A stretch of DNA of 64,000 nucleotides from an uncultured Gammaproteobacteria bacterium (GCA_964452565.1 CAYVLY010000003.1:22555-86554), one strand, 5' to 3'; shown: positions 9,874-20,033, counted from the first letter of the stretch. The notes: generated by a model from the sequence alone, not told the origin. Numbers and translations are program-made.

Positions 9874-10278
9874 ATGTCAGACTGTATTTTTTGTAAAATC
9901 ATAAGCGGGGAAGCGCCATCATATAAGATTTATGAGGATGATAAGGTTGTAGTGTTTTTAAATATCTTTCCGGTATCAAAAGGCGCTACATTGATTGTAC
10001 CCAAGAATCACAATTCTTTTATGGCAGATGGACCTGAGGAGGATGCATTGGCTATGATGAAGGCTTTGTATAAAATCGCGCCCTTGATGATGGAGGGCCT
10101 TGGTGCTACTGGTTATAACCTTGGGATGAATCATGGAGAGAGCGCTGGTCCAGAGATACTGCACACACATATTCATGTGATGCCACGATATGATGGGGAG
10201 AAGCGGTCGTTTGAAAGATACGAGGCGTCAAAGGAGGAGCTTGAAGATGCTTTTAGACGTATGAAGTCAAAGATGTAA
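9874..10278 (+). CDS. HIT family protein
   Basis: DCIFCKI and HTHIH motifs. Confidence 0.92.
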   Translation: MSDCIFCKIISGEAPSYKIYEDDKVVVFLNIFPVSKGATLIVPKNHNSFMADGPEEDALAMMKALYKIAPLMMEGLGATGYNLGMNHGESAGPEILHTHIHVMPRYDGEKRSFERYEASKEELEDAFRRMKSKM

Positions 10279-10279
10279 T

Positions 10280-10852
10280 ATGGCGCTTAAGAAGTGGAAA
10301 AAGCTGTCAGAAGAAAAACTCACTGAGAATCCTTGGTGGAGTTATATACTTGCGAAGTTTGAATTTAAAAAAGGTAAGATAGCAGAGTTTCACTTCATAA
10401 GATCATTAGACTCTGTTGGCATTGTTGCGGTTGATAAGGATGAGAAGATACCGATGGTCAAACAGTATAGATGTTTGTTTGATAAGTTCTCGTTGGAAAT
10501 ACCAATGGGTGGGGTTGAACAGGGTCAGACACCCGAGGAGGCTGCTCATATTGAGTTGGCCGAGGAAGCGCAACTAAAAGCAAGGCATGTAGAGCTTGTC
10601 GGAGAATATAATTGCAACAATGCTCGGATTCAACAAAGAGATTATGTTTTTGTAGCATATGGTCTATCTGACACAGTGGCTGAAGTCGATGAAACAGAGG
10701 AGTTTGAAAGGTATCGATATAGTGTTGATGAAGTCGAAGACCTAATTGATAGTGGAGAGATATCAGCTGGGATGACTATAACCTCATGGCGTTTAGCTAA
10801 ACCCAGAGTACTAGAGATTATTAAGCAGGGTCTGCACAAGGCTAAAGATTGA
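10280..10852 (+). CDS. NUDIX hydrolase (ADP-ribose pyrophosphatase-like)
   Basis: KQYR...LEIPMGGVEQGQTPEEAAHIELAEE Nudix box. Confidence 0.88.
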   Translation: MALKKWKKLSEEKLTENPWWSYILAKFEFKKGKIAEFHFIRSLDSVGIVAVDKDEKIPMVKQYRCLFDKFSLEIPMGGVEQGQTPEEAAHIELAEEAQLKARHVELVGEYNCNNARIQQRDYVFVAYGLSDTVAEVDETEEFERYRYSVDEVEDLIDSGEISAGMTITSWRLAKPRVLEIIKQGLHKAKD

Positions 10853-10913
10853 CCCAAGGAGGTAAAAATTGTAATCTAGGAGGTACATTAATGAATACTA
10901 TTTTTGTACAAGT

Positions 10914-11924
10914 ATGAAAGTATTAGTAACAGGGGGATGTGGATTTATTGGATCGCACTTTATGCGTGTGGTCTTTGAGAAACGGCCAGATTGGGAGGTT
11001 ATAAACCTGGACGCTCTTACATATGCTGGAAACCTAGCAAATACCTTGGATCTACAAACACATCCACGCTATCGGTTTGTTTATGGATCAATCACTGACC
11101 GTAAGATAGTTGACACACTTGTTTCAGAAGTGGATGCTGTTATAAATTTTGCTGCAGAAACTCATGTAGATAGATCGCTCATGGATAATGAGCCTTTTAT
11201 TTTGACTAATATTTTGGGAGTGCAGCGGTTGATAGATGCATGTGTGAAACATGGAAAGCGTTTTCATCATGTGAGTACTGACGAGGTATTTGGTTCACTT
11301 GGACCAGAAGACCCAGGGTTCACAGAAGAGACCCCATATGATCCTCGCAATCCATATAGTGCTACAAAGGCAGCATCTGATCACTTGGTGCGAGCAGCAA
11401 TTCATTCACATGCACTGTGTGGAACAATCTCAAACTGCACAAATAACTACGGACCATTCTTGTATCCAGAAAAGTTTTTGGCAATTGCAATTACTAACCT
11501 TATGGAGAATCGTCCAGTTAGTATTCAAGGAGATGGACGGCAGATCCGTGATTGGATTACAGCACGTGATCATGGACTTGGTATCCTAGCAGTTCTTGAA
11601 AAGGGTCAGATTGGACATACATACATGATGGGAGGGGATGCTGAGTTGACGATTGCAGACACCGGGAAGGCTGTTGTTAAAGCAATGGGAGCGCATGATG
11701 AGATGCTTGTCTTTACTCAGGATCGACCAGGCCAGGATCGTCGGTATGCAATTGATTACACAAAAATCAGGAATGAGTTAGGTTGGCGACCAGAGGTGAC
11801 ATTCGAACAAGGACTGCAACAGATGATACAATGGTATCGCGAGAATGAATCTTGGTGGAAACCGATTAAACAAAGCTCTGGTTACCGCAAGTGGTACGAG
11901 GAGAATATAGGGCGTTTGAAATAA
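10914..11924 (+). CDS. rfbB: dTDP-glucose 4,6-dehydratase
   Basis: TGGCGFIGSH, AAETHVDRS, STDEVFG and PYSATK motifs. Confidence 0.95.
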   Translation: MKVLVTGGCGFIGSHFMRVVFEKRPDWEVINLDALTYAGNLANTLDLQTHPRYRFVYGSITDRKIVDTLVSEVDAVINFAAETHVDRSLMDNEPFILTNILGVQRLIDACVKHGKRFHHVSTDEVFGSLGPEDPGFTEETPYDPRNPYSATKAASDHLVRAAIHSHALCGTISNCTNNYGPFLYPEKFLAIAITNLMENRPVSIQGDGRQIRDWITARDHGLGILAVLEKGQIGHTYMMGGDAELTIADTGKAVVKAMGAHDEMLVFTQDRPGQDRRYAIDYTKIRNELGWRPEVTFEQGLQQMIQWYRENESWWKPIKQSSGYRKWYEENIGRLK

Positions 11925-11996
11925 TTCAGAACCCAGACGCCAGATTTCAGAATCCAGAAGTAAGACCGGGTTCTGGGTACTGAGTTCTGTCTTCTG
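11925..11996. repeat. Inverted cluster of CAGAACC-type heptamer repeats
   Basis: cagaacccaga..cagaatccaga / ttctggg..ctgagttctg. Related clusters at 19969, 26022 and 30962. Confidence 0.6.
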
Positions 11997-12001
11997 TAAA
12001 T

Positions 12002-12544
12002 ATGAAAATCACAAAGACCCCAATTGAAGGATTGTTAATAATCGAGCCCGAGGTCTATGGGGATGATCGGGGTTTTTTCTTTGAGAGTTATAATCTCGAT
12101 AAGTTCAAAGATCTAGGAATCGACACTGTGTTTGTTCAAGATAATCACTCTAAGTCCGCGAAAGGAGTTTTGCGTGGGATTCATTTTCAACTTCCACCAA
12201 AGCCAATGACTAAGTTGGTTCGATGTATACGAGGTAAGCTTTGGGATGTGGCAGTTGATCTGCGTAAAGACTCACCGACTTACAAGCAGTGGTTTGGTAT
12301 CGAATTATCTGAGGAGAATAAAAAGATGCTTTATGTACCAGGTGACTTCGGTCATGGGTTCTACTCGCTTGAGGACTGCGAGCTTCAATACAAAGTATCA
12401 AACACTTTTGATTCGGAACTTGATGAAGGAATCGCGTGGAATGATTCTGAAATAAATATCAAATGGCCACTTGAAGGTGATCCGACTCTCTCGGAACGTG
12501 ATAAAAACGGAAAGACATTGGCTGAGTCTGATTTGCCTTTTTAA
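12002..12544 (+). CDS. rfbC: dTDP-4-dehydrorhamnose 3,5-epimerase
   Basis: DDRGFFFE, VQDNHSKS, GVLRGIHFQ and DVAVDLR motifs. Confidence 0.95.
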   Translation: MKITKTPIEGLLIIEPEVYGDDRGFFFESYNLDKFKDLGIDTVFVQDNHSKSAKGVLRGIHFQLPPKPMTKLVRCIRGKLWDVAVDLRKDSPTYKQWFGIELSEENKKMLYVPGDFGHGFYSLEDCELQYKVSNTFDSELDEGIAWNDSEINIKWPLEGDPTLSERDKNGKTLAESDLPF

Positions 12545-12552
12545 ATAAGAAT

Positions 12553-12635
12553 AACCCCCTCTATCTCCCCCTTCGCAAGGGGGAGGTGTGATAGTTTCGA
12601 TTCCCCTCCTTACGAAGGAGGGGTTAGAGGAGGTT
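12553..12635. repeat. Intergenic double-hairpin repeat
   Basis: AACCCCCTCTA-CTCCCCCTT.cgc.AAGGGGGAG ... CCCCTCCTT.acg.AAGGAGGGG-TAGAGGAGGTT. Confidence 0.7.
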
Positions 12636-12655
12636 GTTGCAGTCTATATTCATTT

Positions 12656-13519
12656 ATGAAAATACTAATTACAGGAGCGCAGGGTATGCTTGGCCAGGAT
12701 CTGGTCAAGGTTTTTGAATCCGCTGGACATAATGTGATCGCTGCGTCTCGAAAGGATCTTGACATCACGGATCGTGATGTAATTAATAGATATGTAAAAG
12801 ATCTAAAGCCCGAAGTTATTATCAATGCAGCCGCTTATAATGCAGTCGACGATATTGAAGAAGATGAGCACTTTGAAAAGGCAATGAAGATCAATGGAGA
12901 AGGTCCTGGGAATCTAGCGCAAGCTGCTGGATGGATTGGTGCGACTTTTGTTCATTTCAGTACTGACTATGTTTTTGATGGCAAGGGTGAGAAGTATTAC
13001 GAGGAGGATGATAAAACCAATCCAATTTCGCGTTATGGTGAATCAAAACTCAAAGGTGAGCAGTTAGCACAGGGTGCAGATGGCAAGGTATACATTTGTC
13101 GAGTATCAAAGATTTTTGGCAATCAGGGTAGTGGTGATAGTGCCAAGGAGAATGTTGTAGAGCTGATGCTTCGATTAAATAAAGAGCTTGATGACTTGAA
13201 AATCGTGGATGAAGAATACGGTTGCCCTACTTATTCTCCAGATATCGCCAAGGCAACTCTTAATTTGATCGAAGGTGATTATGAACCGGGCATCTACCAT
13301 ATGATCAACGAGGGTGAGCCTGTAACCGTCTACGGATTTGCAAAAGAGATTTTCGAAATGCGCGGCATTACAGAGAACTTTCGACCAGTACCTCGATCAG
13401 AGTTTCCGCGTGCAGCGGACTGTCCAGACTATGCGCCATTAAAGAATACTAAGCTGCCAAAGCTCAGAGATCGAAGCGAGGCATTGAAAGAGTTTTTGCA
13501 AAAATTAGGTGAGATATAA
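12656..13519 (+). CDS. rfbD: dTDP-4-dehydrorhamnose reductase
   Basis: TGAQGMLG, AAYNAVD, STDYVFDG and YGESK motifs. Confidence 0.95.
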   Translation: MKILITGAQGMLGQDLVKVFESAGHNVIAASRKDLDITDRDVINRYVKDLKPEVIINAAAYNAVDDIEEDEHFEKAMKINGEGPGNLAQAAGWIGATFVHFSTDYVFDGKGEKYYEEDDKTNPISRYGESKLKGEQLAQGADGKVYICRVSKIFGNQGSGDSAKENVVELMLRLNKELDDLKIVDEEYGCPTYSPDIAKATLNLIEGDYEPGIYHMINEGEPVTVYGFAKEIFEMRGITENFRPVPRSEFPRAADCPDYAPLKNTKLPKLRDRSEALKEFLQKLGEI

Positions 13520-13573
13520 TTTTTCATTAAAGACCCGATCGGGTTCCTAATGAAAATTTTTTTGAATTTGCCA

Positions 13574-13602
13574 TTGACAGCGGTTATTTTTTGTTACAAG
13601 AT
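13574..13602 (+). promoter_or_regulatory. Promoter of GC-rich gene 2
   Basis: TTGACA, T-rich spacer and a weak -10 (CAAGAT at 17 bp, or TGtTACAAG). Confidence 0.55.
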
Positions 13603-13655
13603 GCCATTGCCGGATGGTCCGGTAGAAGTGCATCTGTTTTTGTAACGGAGGAACA

Positions 13656-13904
13656 GTGAGACGTTATTATATACAGGAATCGTTCAGTGGCCGTCGGTGG
13701 CTGGTGGATGTGCAAGATGGGGGCGGAAACAAAAAAGCGGGCGAGGCTGCCTGCCGCTTCTTCAGGACACTTCACACACTTCACGACAGCAGTGTAAGCA
13801 TCAAGCCAGCTACGGATGCCGATGAGGTCAAGATGGAGCTCGATCCGGTAACTGGGATACACGGGGTAGTGGCTGCGAAGCAGATTGCTGAGCGGGCCGC
13901 CTAG
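13656..13904 (+). CDS. GC-rich small orphan protein (82 aa)
   Basis: GGAGG at 13647-13651 before GTG, with its own promoter and terminator. Confidence 0.65.
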   Translation: MRRYYIQESFSGRRWLVDVQDGGGNKKAGEAACRFFRTLHTLHDSSVSIKPATDADEVKMELDPVTGIHGVVAAKQIAERAA

Positions 13905-13926
13905 TCCGAAGCTCAACAACGCGTGA

Positions 13927-13962
13927 CGCTCGGTCCTCTAGGATCGAGCGCTTATTTTTTTC
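13927..13962 (+). terminator. Intrinsic terminator
   Basis: CGCTCGGTCC-tcta-GGATCGAGCG plus T-run. Confidence 0.7.
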
Positions 13963-13970
13963 CTTCATTT

Positions 13971-15296
13971 TTAAAACAACTCCGATGTTAGTTCTAGTCG
14001 GTATACTCCATACGCTCCATCTTGCTTTCCGTAAAAGTATGCTACATCGCCAGATTCATCGATCCATAGTTCTTGCATGTCCGCATCCTTGAGAAGTGTG
14101 GTTGTATATTGTTGATTTGCCTGAGCATAAGCTTCGAATGCTCGCAGGGCAGTGTCTTGTACAAAAATAATGTCAGCATCTGGATGCCAGCTTACTGATT
14201 CGATTATTGAACTTTGTCGTGTAACAAGCTCTGTAGTATGTGTTCTCGCATCGTATACAGATAGCTCGAAACCATTGGTGAATACAAGGCGGTCAAGATC
14301 TTCATCCCAGTCATATGCTGTCACATCCTCTTGGAGTAGGATTGGTTCATCTTCATGAATTTGGATCAAATAGAGCTGATTTGTGCTGTCAGTGAGTATT
14401 AAATATGTGCCGTCGCGCTCTTCAATCGTATATGTTGCCTTTGGCAATAGCGCTAGCGTTTCTTTTTCATCATCAACATACTGCGCGACCTCTGTTACAT
14501 GTGTACGTTGAATCAGTCGGAGAATACTTGCATCAAGCAATACAGATGTCTCATCGGTCTGTGTGAATTTTTCAAAACTTCCAGTTTCAACGTCCTGTTC
14601 ATAGAGCCCATTCTCAGTAGTCAGTGAAATCAAATGATCTGTACTTGGGTTCCATGCAGCCGTAATAATGTCATGTACTTTGATATCTATTTCAGTTCCT
14701 TGATTATCAAAAATCGATATTTCTGTATCAGTTTTATCAAAAACCGATAAATATGATCCTTGCGCAGACCAGGAAAGTTGGACCTCACCCTCAGTATCGA
14801 TTACCTGCTCAATAAGTGTGTGAGAATCCTGACCCGGATAGTATAGCCAAGTTTCTTGCCAACCACCTTCACGAATTAAATAAGCAATTGATTCGCCGTT
14901 TGGATTTACTGCTAGCGTCTCAGTGTCCTTATCAAACAACAGTTCAGCTTCAGAGTCTAAAAAGAGCATGATGTTTTGTAGCTGCACTGTTTGTCCACTT
15001 TCAATATCCACATCACCAAACCAAGAATGGTAACCGTCTTTACGAAGTTCGATTGAGTAATCACCAGGCATGACGCGTTTCAGAACTTCGGGTGTTTTGC
15101 CTTGTGCATATTCTCCATCAACATATATCTCAGCACTTCGAGGGCTTGTGGTTATTGAAAGCACTCCAGTTCGTGTGACTAGGCCAGTTGATGGGCTATA
15201 TCTATACCCAGCGGTAAATAAAACCAAAAGAGGCGCAATCACAAGGAAGGCCCCAACAAATGTCCAAAAGATGATTCGTCTAATCCACTTAGGCAT
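13971..15296 (-). CDS. PEGA-domain protein with probable beta-propeller
   Basis: TM anchor, TSPRSAEIYVDG..GKTP..PGDYSIELRKDGY (PEGA) and W-containing blade repeats. Confidence 0.85.
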   Translation of the reverse strand: MPKWIRRIIFWTFVGAFLVIAPLLVLFTAGYRYSPSTGLVTRTGVLSITTSPRSAEIYVDGEYAQGKTPEVLKRVMPGDYSIELRKDGYHSWFGDVDIESGQTVQLQNIMLFLDSEAELLFDKDTETLAVNPNGESIAYLIREGGWQETWLYYPGQDSHTLIEQVIDTEGEVQLSWSAQGSYLSVFDKTDTEISIFDNQGTEIDIKVHDIITAAWNPSTDHLISLTTENGLYEQDVETGSFEKFTQTDETSVLLDASILRLIQRTHVTEVAQYVDDEKETLALLPKATYTIEERDGTYLILTDSTNQLYLIQIHEDEPILLQEDVTAYDWDEDLDRLVFTNGFELSVYDARTHTTELVTRQSSIIESVSWHPDADIIFVQDTALRAFEAYAQANQQYTTTLLKDADMQELWIDESGDVAYFYGKQDGAYGVYRLELTSELF

Positions 15297-15356
15297 ATCG
15301 CATGGATTCTAGCAGAATTAGGGGGTTTTTTAAAGTTCAAAGCATATTATATATAG

Positions 15357-15385
15357 TTGACAGGCACTGTATTTTGTGTTAGCCT
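15357..15385 (+). promoter_or_regulatory. Promoter of GC-rich gene 3
   Basis: TTGACA-17 bp (ending TGt)-TAGCCT. Confidence 0.7.
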
Positions 15386-15442
15386 ATTTCAGTTCTAGGG
15401 GATCGGCCTCTGGGAGACTAAGCGCAAGAAAGTGGAGATGAG

Positions 15443-15841
15443 ATGTCAGAAGATCCAATGGCCCAGAATGATACCCATAGTGAGTTCGAGATCAGCTGGA
15501 GAAAAGAAATCCTCGGAATGCTTAGGTGGGTCATGATGAACGTGCTCGCTACTCTAGCCGCGGCCACGCCTGGCCTCGCGCTGCTGGCAGCATTCTACTA
15601 TCTCTGGGAGTCGAGCAGTATCTTTGGCCAATGCATCGAGAGATGGGAAGAGCTCGGGCGTCCAGATTACCTGATCGTAGTCCTGTTCATCGTATGGATC
15701 GTGGGTGGGCTTGTCTCAGCGGCATGCACTGGCTTTTCGATCCATTGCTATGACAAAAAGGACCGGACGTTGTTTCTCGCGCTGGGCCTAATTGCCTCTC
15801 TGGCCAGCCTTGCCAGCGCTGTGGGCATCCTCTTCGTCTAG
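15443..15841 (+). CDS. GC-rich orphan membrane protein (3 TM)
   Basis: GGAG at 15434-15437, hydrophobic segments and raised GC. Confidence 0.7.
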   Translation: MSEDPMAQNDTHSEFEISWRKEILGMLRWVMMNVLATLAAATPGLALLAAFYYLWESSSIFGQCIERWEELGRPDYLIVVLFIVWIVGGLVSAACTGFSIHCYDKKDRTLFLALGLIASLASLASAVGILFV

Positions 15842-15876
15842 ACAATAGGACCCTCAGATACATGGTTCGCACCGTT

Positions 15877-15912
15877 CCCGCGTCCCCTTGTGGATGCGGG
15901 TTTTCGCTTTTT
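15877..15912 (+). terminator. Intrinsic terminator
   Basis: CCCGCGTCC-ccttgt-GGATGCGGG-TTTT. Confidence 0.7.
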
Positions 15913-15959
15913 GGGGGATCTGGTCTATGTCTCTGAGCTGCGCTATAATGAACCCCGTT

Positions 15960-17201
15960 ATGAATATAAATTGGAAAAAGCTTCAAAAAGAAGTTTTGCG
16001 TATACGTACGCTTGTTTTTATTATTATTGCAATCGTGATATTTGCACTGGGCTGGCTTATGGGAGCCTCTCAGGATACAGGCTCGAATAAGAATATCGAA
16101 GAAGGCGAGGTCACGAACGAATTGCGATTTTACGAAGGAATTGAAGATGACATTAGTTTCCAGCAGTTTTGGCAGGTCTGGGATTTGGCAAAAGACTTAT
16201 ATCTGCGCGGACCAGTTTCTGAAAAGGATTTGTTCTATGGGGCTATATCTGGAATGGTTGAAGGTCTAGATGATGATTATTCTGTTTACTTTGATCCAGA
16301 GGATGCAGAAGCATTTAATGAAGAGCTTGATGGTGAGTATTCAGGAATAGGAGCAGAGATTGGAAAAGAAGATGATTATGTTGTAGTTGTCGCGCCACTT
16401 TCCGGATCTCCAGCAGAAGAAGCTGGGTTGCTTGCTGGTGACTTAATCGTTGCAGTTGATGATGAGGACATTATTGGCGTAACTGTTGACTATGCTGTGA
16501 GTATTATCCGTGGTGAGGCTGGTTCTGAGGTTATATTAACTGTTGTGCGAAATGGATTTGATAATACAATCGAGATCCCAATTACTCGTGGTGAAATTCA
16601 GATTAATAGCGTCGAATGGGAGCTTCGTGATGATGGAATCATGTACATTGAGCTCTATATGTTCAATGAAGATACAACAGCACTTTTCAGACAGGCAGCA
16701 CAGGAGGTTCTGACATCAGATGTGAATGGCATACTTCTTGATCTACGCAACAATCCAGGAGGTCTGTTAACTGAGGCTATAAATATTGCAGGATTCTGGA
16801 TTGCAGATGATATTGTTGTTCAGGAAAGAGTTGGAGGTGATACAGAAGGATATGCAGCAAATGGCTTGGCATGGCTTGATGATTACCCAACTGTTGTATT
16901 GATTGATGGTGGGTCTGCGTCAGGTTCTGAGATTTTGGCGGGCGCACTTCAAGATTACGGACTTGCGACACTTGTCGGTGAGCAGACTTACGGAAAGGGA
17001 TCTGTTCAGGAATACTATGAGTTTGATGACGGATCAGCTCTAAAGATTACAACTGCAGAATGGCTAACAGCACTTGGTCGATCTATTGATCAGGTAGGAA
17101 TAATTCCAGATGTGATAGTTGAATATACAATTGAAGATTATGAAGCAGGACTCACGCCACAATTCGACGCGGCGATCAGTGAGCTCCAGGCAGCCTGGTA
17201 G
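15960..17201 (+). CDS. Carboxyl-terminal processing protease (S41, PDZ)
   Basis: GIGAEI PDZ, LDLRNNPGG, SASGSEI and TYGKGSVQ motifs. Start moved to MNINW after a TATAAT. Confidence 0.93.
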   Translation: MNINWKKLQKEVLRIRTLVFIIIAIVIFALGWLMGASQDTGSNKNIEEGEVTNELRFYEGIEDDISFQQFWQVWDLAKDLYLRGPVSEKDLFYGAISGMVEGLDDDYSVYFDPEDAEAFNEELDGEYSGIGAEIGKEDDYVVVVAPLSGSPAEEAGLLAGDLIVAVDDEDIIGVTVDYAVSIIRGEAGSEVILTVVRNGFDNTIEIPITRGEIQINSVEWELRDDGIMYIELYMFNEDTTALFRQAAQEVLTSDVNGILLDLRNNPGGLLTEAINIAGFWIADDIVVQERVGGDTEGYAANGLAWLDDYPTVVLIDGGSASGSEILAGALQDYGLATLVGEQTYGKGSVQEYYEFDDGSALKITTAEWLTALGRSIDQVGIIPDVIVEYTIEDYEAGLTPQFDAAISELQAAW

Positions 17202-17697
17202 TAAAGAAAAGCATCGCACAGAGGTATCTTCTGGTGGAATTGTTTTTAAGCGAACACCAGAAGGTATTGTATTTGCAATGCAAAAGGATTCATATGGAAA
17301 GTGGACATTTGCAAAGGGTCATGTTCGAAAGGGTGAATCTTACCGCAAGACCGCGATGCGTGAGATTGAAGAGGAGTTAGGACTCAAGGATCTCAAGCAC
17401 ATTAAGCCCTTGGGGCATATTGATATCTGGTTTAGGGACCGGTTTGTTTTTAAGGGCAAGCTTGTGCGTAAGTTTATTCACTATTTTTTGTTTGAAGCCT
17501 CAGCAAATGCAAAGCTGGTGCCACTAAAGGCAAAAGACAAGGGTGAGGTTGTGCAGGCCGCAAGTTGGGTGCCGGCAAGTGAAGTTTGGGAAAGGTCGTC
17601 ATATGAAGATATGAGGCCAATTGTACGTCGTGCCTTGCAGTATTTCAACAAAACAAAAACTGTTAGACGTAGAAAGGGTTATCGTCGATCTTCTTAA
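17140..17697 (+). CDS. NUDIX hydrolase
   Basis: WTFAKGHVRKGESYRKTAMREIEEELG. Start uncertain; overlaps the upstream gene. Confidence 0.85.
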   Translation: MKQDSRHNSTRRSVSSRQPGSKEKHRTEVSSGGIVFKRTPEGIVFAMQKDSYGKWTFAKGHVRKGESYRKTAMREIEEELGLKDLKHIKPLGHIDIWFRDRFVFKGKLVRKFIHYFLFEASANAKLVPLKAKDKGEVVQAASWVPASEVWERSSYEDMRPIVRRALQYFNKTKTVRRRKGYRRSS

Positions 17698-17769
17698 TCC
17701 TACTGGTCGAATAGGTCTTACATATCCTATTTTGACCGACCTGGCCTAATCATATAAAATAAGGTATAT

Positions 17770-18204
17770 ATGAAAATCATTCTACTGGAGGACGTGAAGA
17801 GTATTGGCAAGAAGGGGGATATAAAAGAGGTAAACGACGGGTTTGCCCGCAATTTTTTGTTCCCACAACATAAGGCAGTTGAAGCGACAGAACATGCGAT
17901 AGCTCAGCAGACGCAGAAGAAAAAGGCAGCAACTGCTCGTGAGAAAAAGCAATCAAAGGCAGATAGGCAGGCTGTTTCAAAAGTTGATGGAGTAGAGGTT
18001 GTTATCAGGGCCAAGGCAGATAAGGGAAAGCTTTACGCAGCAGTTACAGCAAAAGAGGTTTCTGATGGTCTTAAGAGCCAAGGATTCAAGTTCAAAGAGT
18101 CTGAAGTTGAGTTCTCTACAACAAAGGATGTGGGAACTTACGACGCAATTGTCTCTAAAGGTGAGTTTGAGGCAGGGATCACTGTCGCTATTGAACCGAA
18201 ATAA
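17770..18204 (+). CDS. rplI: 50S ribosomal protein L9
   Basis: [32 protein letters not shown]. Confidence 0.97.
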   Translation: MKIILLEDVKSIGKKGDIKEVNDGFARNFLFPQHKAVEATEHAIAQQTQKKKAATAREKKQSKADRQAVSKVDGVEVVIRAKADKGKLYAAVTAKEVSDGLKSQGFKFKESEVEFSTTKDVGTYDAIVSKGEFEAGITVAIEPK

Positions 18205-18239
18205 CCAGATCGACCCCATGAGGGTCGATTTTGGTTTAT

Positions 18240-18325
18240 GTTGAACCGTTCGGCCTCTGGCCTTACTTGTTGAACGTGTTGAAGTTGTTTATTTCGAGAG
18301 TAAACACTTTCAACATTTTCAACAA
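18240..18325. repeat. Short inverted 9-mer repeats (GTTGAA/TTCAAC)
   Basis: gttgaacgtgttgaagttgttt ... aaacactttcaacattttcaac, following the hairpin at about 18203-18236. Confidence 0.5.
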
Positions 18326-18342
18326 ATTAAACAATACAAAAT

Positions 18343-19965
18343 ATGAAGCATAAATATCTTTTCATTGTTGGCGGAGTTATGAGTGGTGTTGGAAAAGGAA
18401 CTTCGTCCGCAGCACTTGGACTTACGCTTAAGTCAAAGGGATGTAATGTCACTGCGATCAAGATCGATCCATATGTGAACGTTGATGCAGGAACTATGAA
18501 TCCAGTTGAGCATGGTGAGGTGTTCGTCACTGTTGATGGTGATGAAACAGATCAAGATATTGGAACCTACGAGCGTTATCTTGATACTAACATCACACGA
18601 ATAAACTACATGACAACTGGTCGGGTGTATCAATCAGTTATTGAGCGTGAGCGTAACTTAGAATATGGCGGAAAGTGTGTTGAGGTGGTTCCGCATGTGC
18701 CAGAAGAGATAATCCGACGCATTGAACGTGCTTCAAAAGAAGCAAAGGCAGATATTACATTGATTGAGGTCGGTGGAACTGTTGGTGAGTATCAGAACGT
18801 TTTGTTCCTTGAGGCAGCGCGAATGATGCAAGTTCAAAACCCAGACGATGTTAAGTTTGCAATTGTAAGTTACCTACCAGTACCCCCCTCAGTTGGAGAG
18901 ATGAAAACAAAGCCAACCCAGTATGCTATTAGAACTTTGAACAGCGCTGGGATCAGGCCAGATTTTGTGATAGGTCGTTCACCACTTCCAATGGATGAGC
19001 CACGAAAGAAGAAGATTGCATGGATTTGTGGTGTGCCAAGTGAGCACATTATTGGGGCACCAGATGCTCCGAGTGTATATGATGTGCCACAGATGTTTGA
19101 AGACCAAGACTTTGCTAAAAGTGTTTTGAAATGTTTTAAGATGAAGCCAAGGCAGGGTGATCTCTCAAAGTGGAATGGTTTTGTTAAGAAGATGAAGGCT
19201 GCAAAGAAAGAGGTTAAGATCGGTGTTGTTGGAAAGTATTTCTCAACGGGCGACTTTGTGCTTTCAGATGTGTACTTATCAGTTCTTGAGGCTATAAAAC
19301 ATGCAGCAGTACATGAGGGGGTTCAAGCAAAGATTGAGTGGCTAAACTCAGAGGCATATGAGAAAGATCCAAAGTTGCTGAAGAAAGAGCTTAGTAAGCT
19401 TGATGGAGTGATAGTTCCAGGTGGATTTGGATCACGCGGGATCGAAGGTAAGATAAAAACAATAGAATACTGTCGGAAGAACAAGATCCCGTATTTCGGG
19501 CTTTGTTATGGAATGCAGTGCGCTGTAATTGAATATGCTCGGAATGTATTGAAGTGGAAAGATGCTAATACAACAGAGATTGATGAGAAGACAAAGTATC
19601 CAGTGATACATATCCAAGAATCTCAAAAAGAGAATGTTGAGAAGGGCGCGTATGGGGGTACACTTCGATTGGGATCGTATCCATGTAGTTTGAAAAATGG
19701 AAGCGTATCTGCAAAGTTGTATGGATCAGATATGATAAGTGAGAGACATCGTCATCGTTATGAGTTTAACAATGAGTATCGTGAGGATCTTGAAAGGAAG
19801 GGACTGACCATATCGGGTACAAGTCCAGACGATCACTTCGTCGAAATAGTCGAAATAAAGGATCACCCGTTCTTTATGGGGGTCCAATTCCATCCAGAAT
19901 TCCAGAGCCGTCCACTAACCCCACACCCACTGTTTAGAGGATTTATAAAGGCAGCAAAACGGTGA
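18343..19965 (+). CDS. pyrG: CTP synthase
   Basis: GGVMSGVGKG, KIDPYVNVDAGTMNP, GLCYGMQ, ERHRHRYE and QFHPEF motifs. Confidence 0.98.
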   Translation: MKHKYLFIVGGVMSGVGKGTSSAALGLTLKSKGCNVTAIKIDPYVNVDAGTMNPVEHGEVFVTVDGDETDQDIGTYERYLDTNITRINYMTTGRVYQSVIERERNLEYGGKCVEVVPHVPEEIIRRIERASKEAKADITLIEVGGTVGEYQNVLFLEAARMMQVQNPDDVKFAIVSYLPVPPSVGEMKTKPTQYAIRTLNSAGIRPDFVIGRSPLPMDEPRKKKIAWICGVPSEHIIGAPDAPSVYDVPQMFEDQDFAKSVLKCFKMKPRQGDLSKWNGFVKKMKAAKKEVKIGVVGKYFSTGDFVLSDVYLSVLEAIKHAAVHEGVQAKIEWLNSEAYEKDPKLLKKELSKLDGVIVPGGFGSRGIEGKIKTIEYCRKNKIPYFGLCYGMQCAVIEYARNVLKWKDANTTEIDEKTKYPVIHIQESQKENVEKGAYGGTLRLGSYPCSLKNGSVSAKLYGSDMISERHRHRYEFNNEYREDLERKGLTISGTSPDDHFVEIVEIKDHPFFMGVQFHPEFQSRPLTPHPLFRGFIKAAKR

Positions 19966-20002
19966 CGAGAGAATCTAGACCTCAGAAAACAGAACCCAGA
20001 TC

Positions 20003-20033
20003 AAAAGCCCTCGATTTCTCGAGGGCTTTTTTT
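20003..20033 (+). terminator. pyrG terminator
   Basis: AAAAGCCCTCGA-tttc-TCGAGGGCTTTT plus T-run. Confidence 0.8.
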
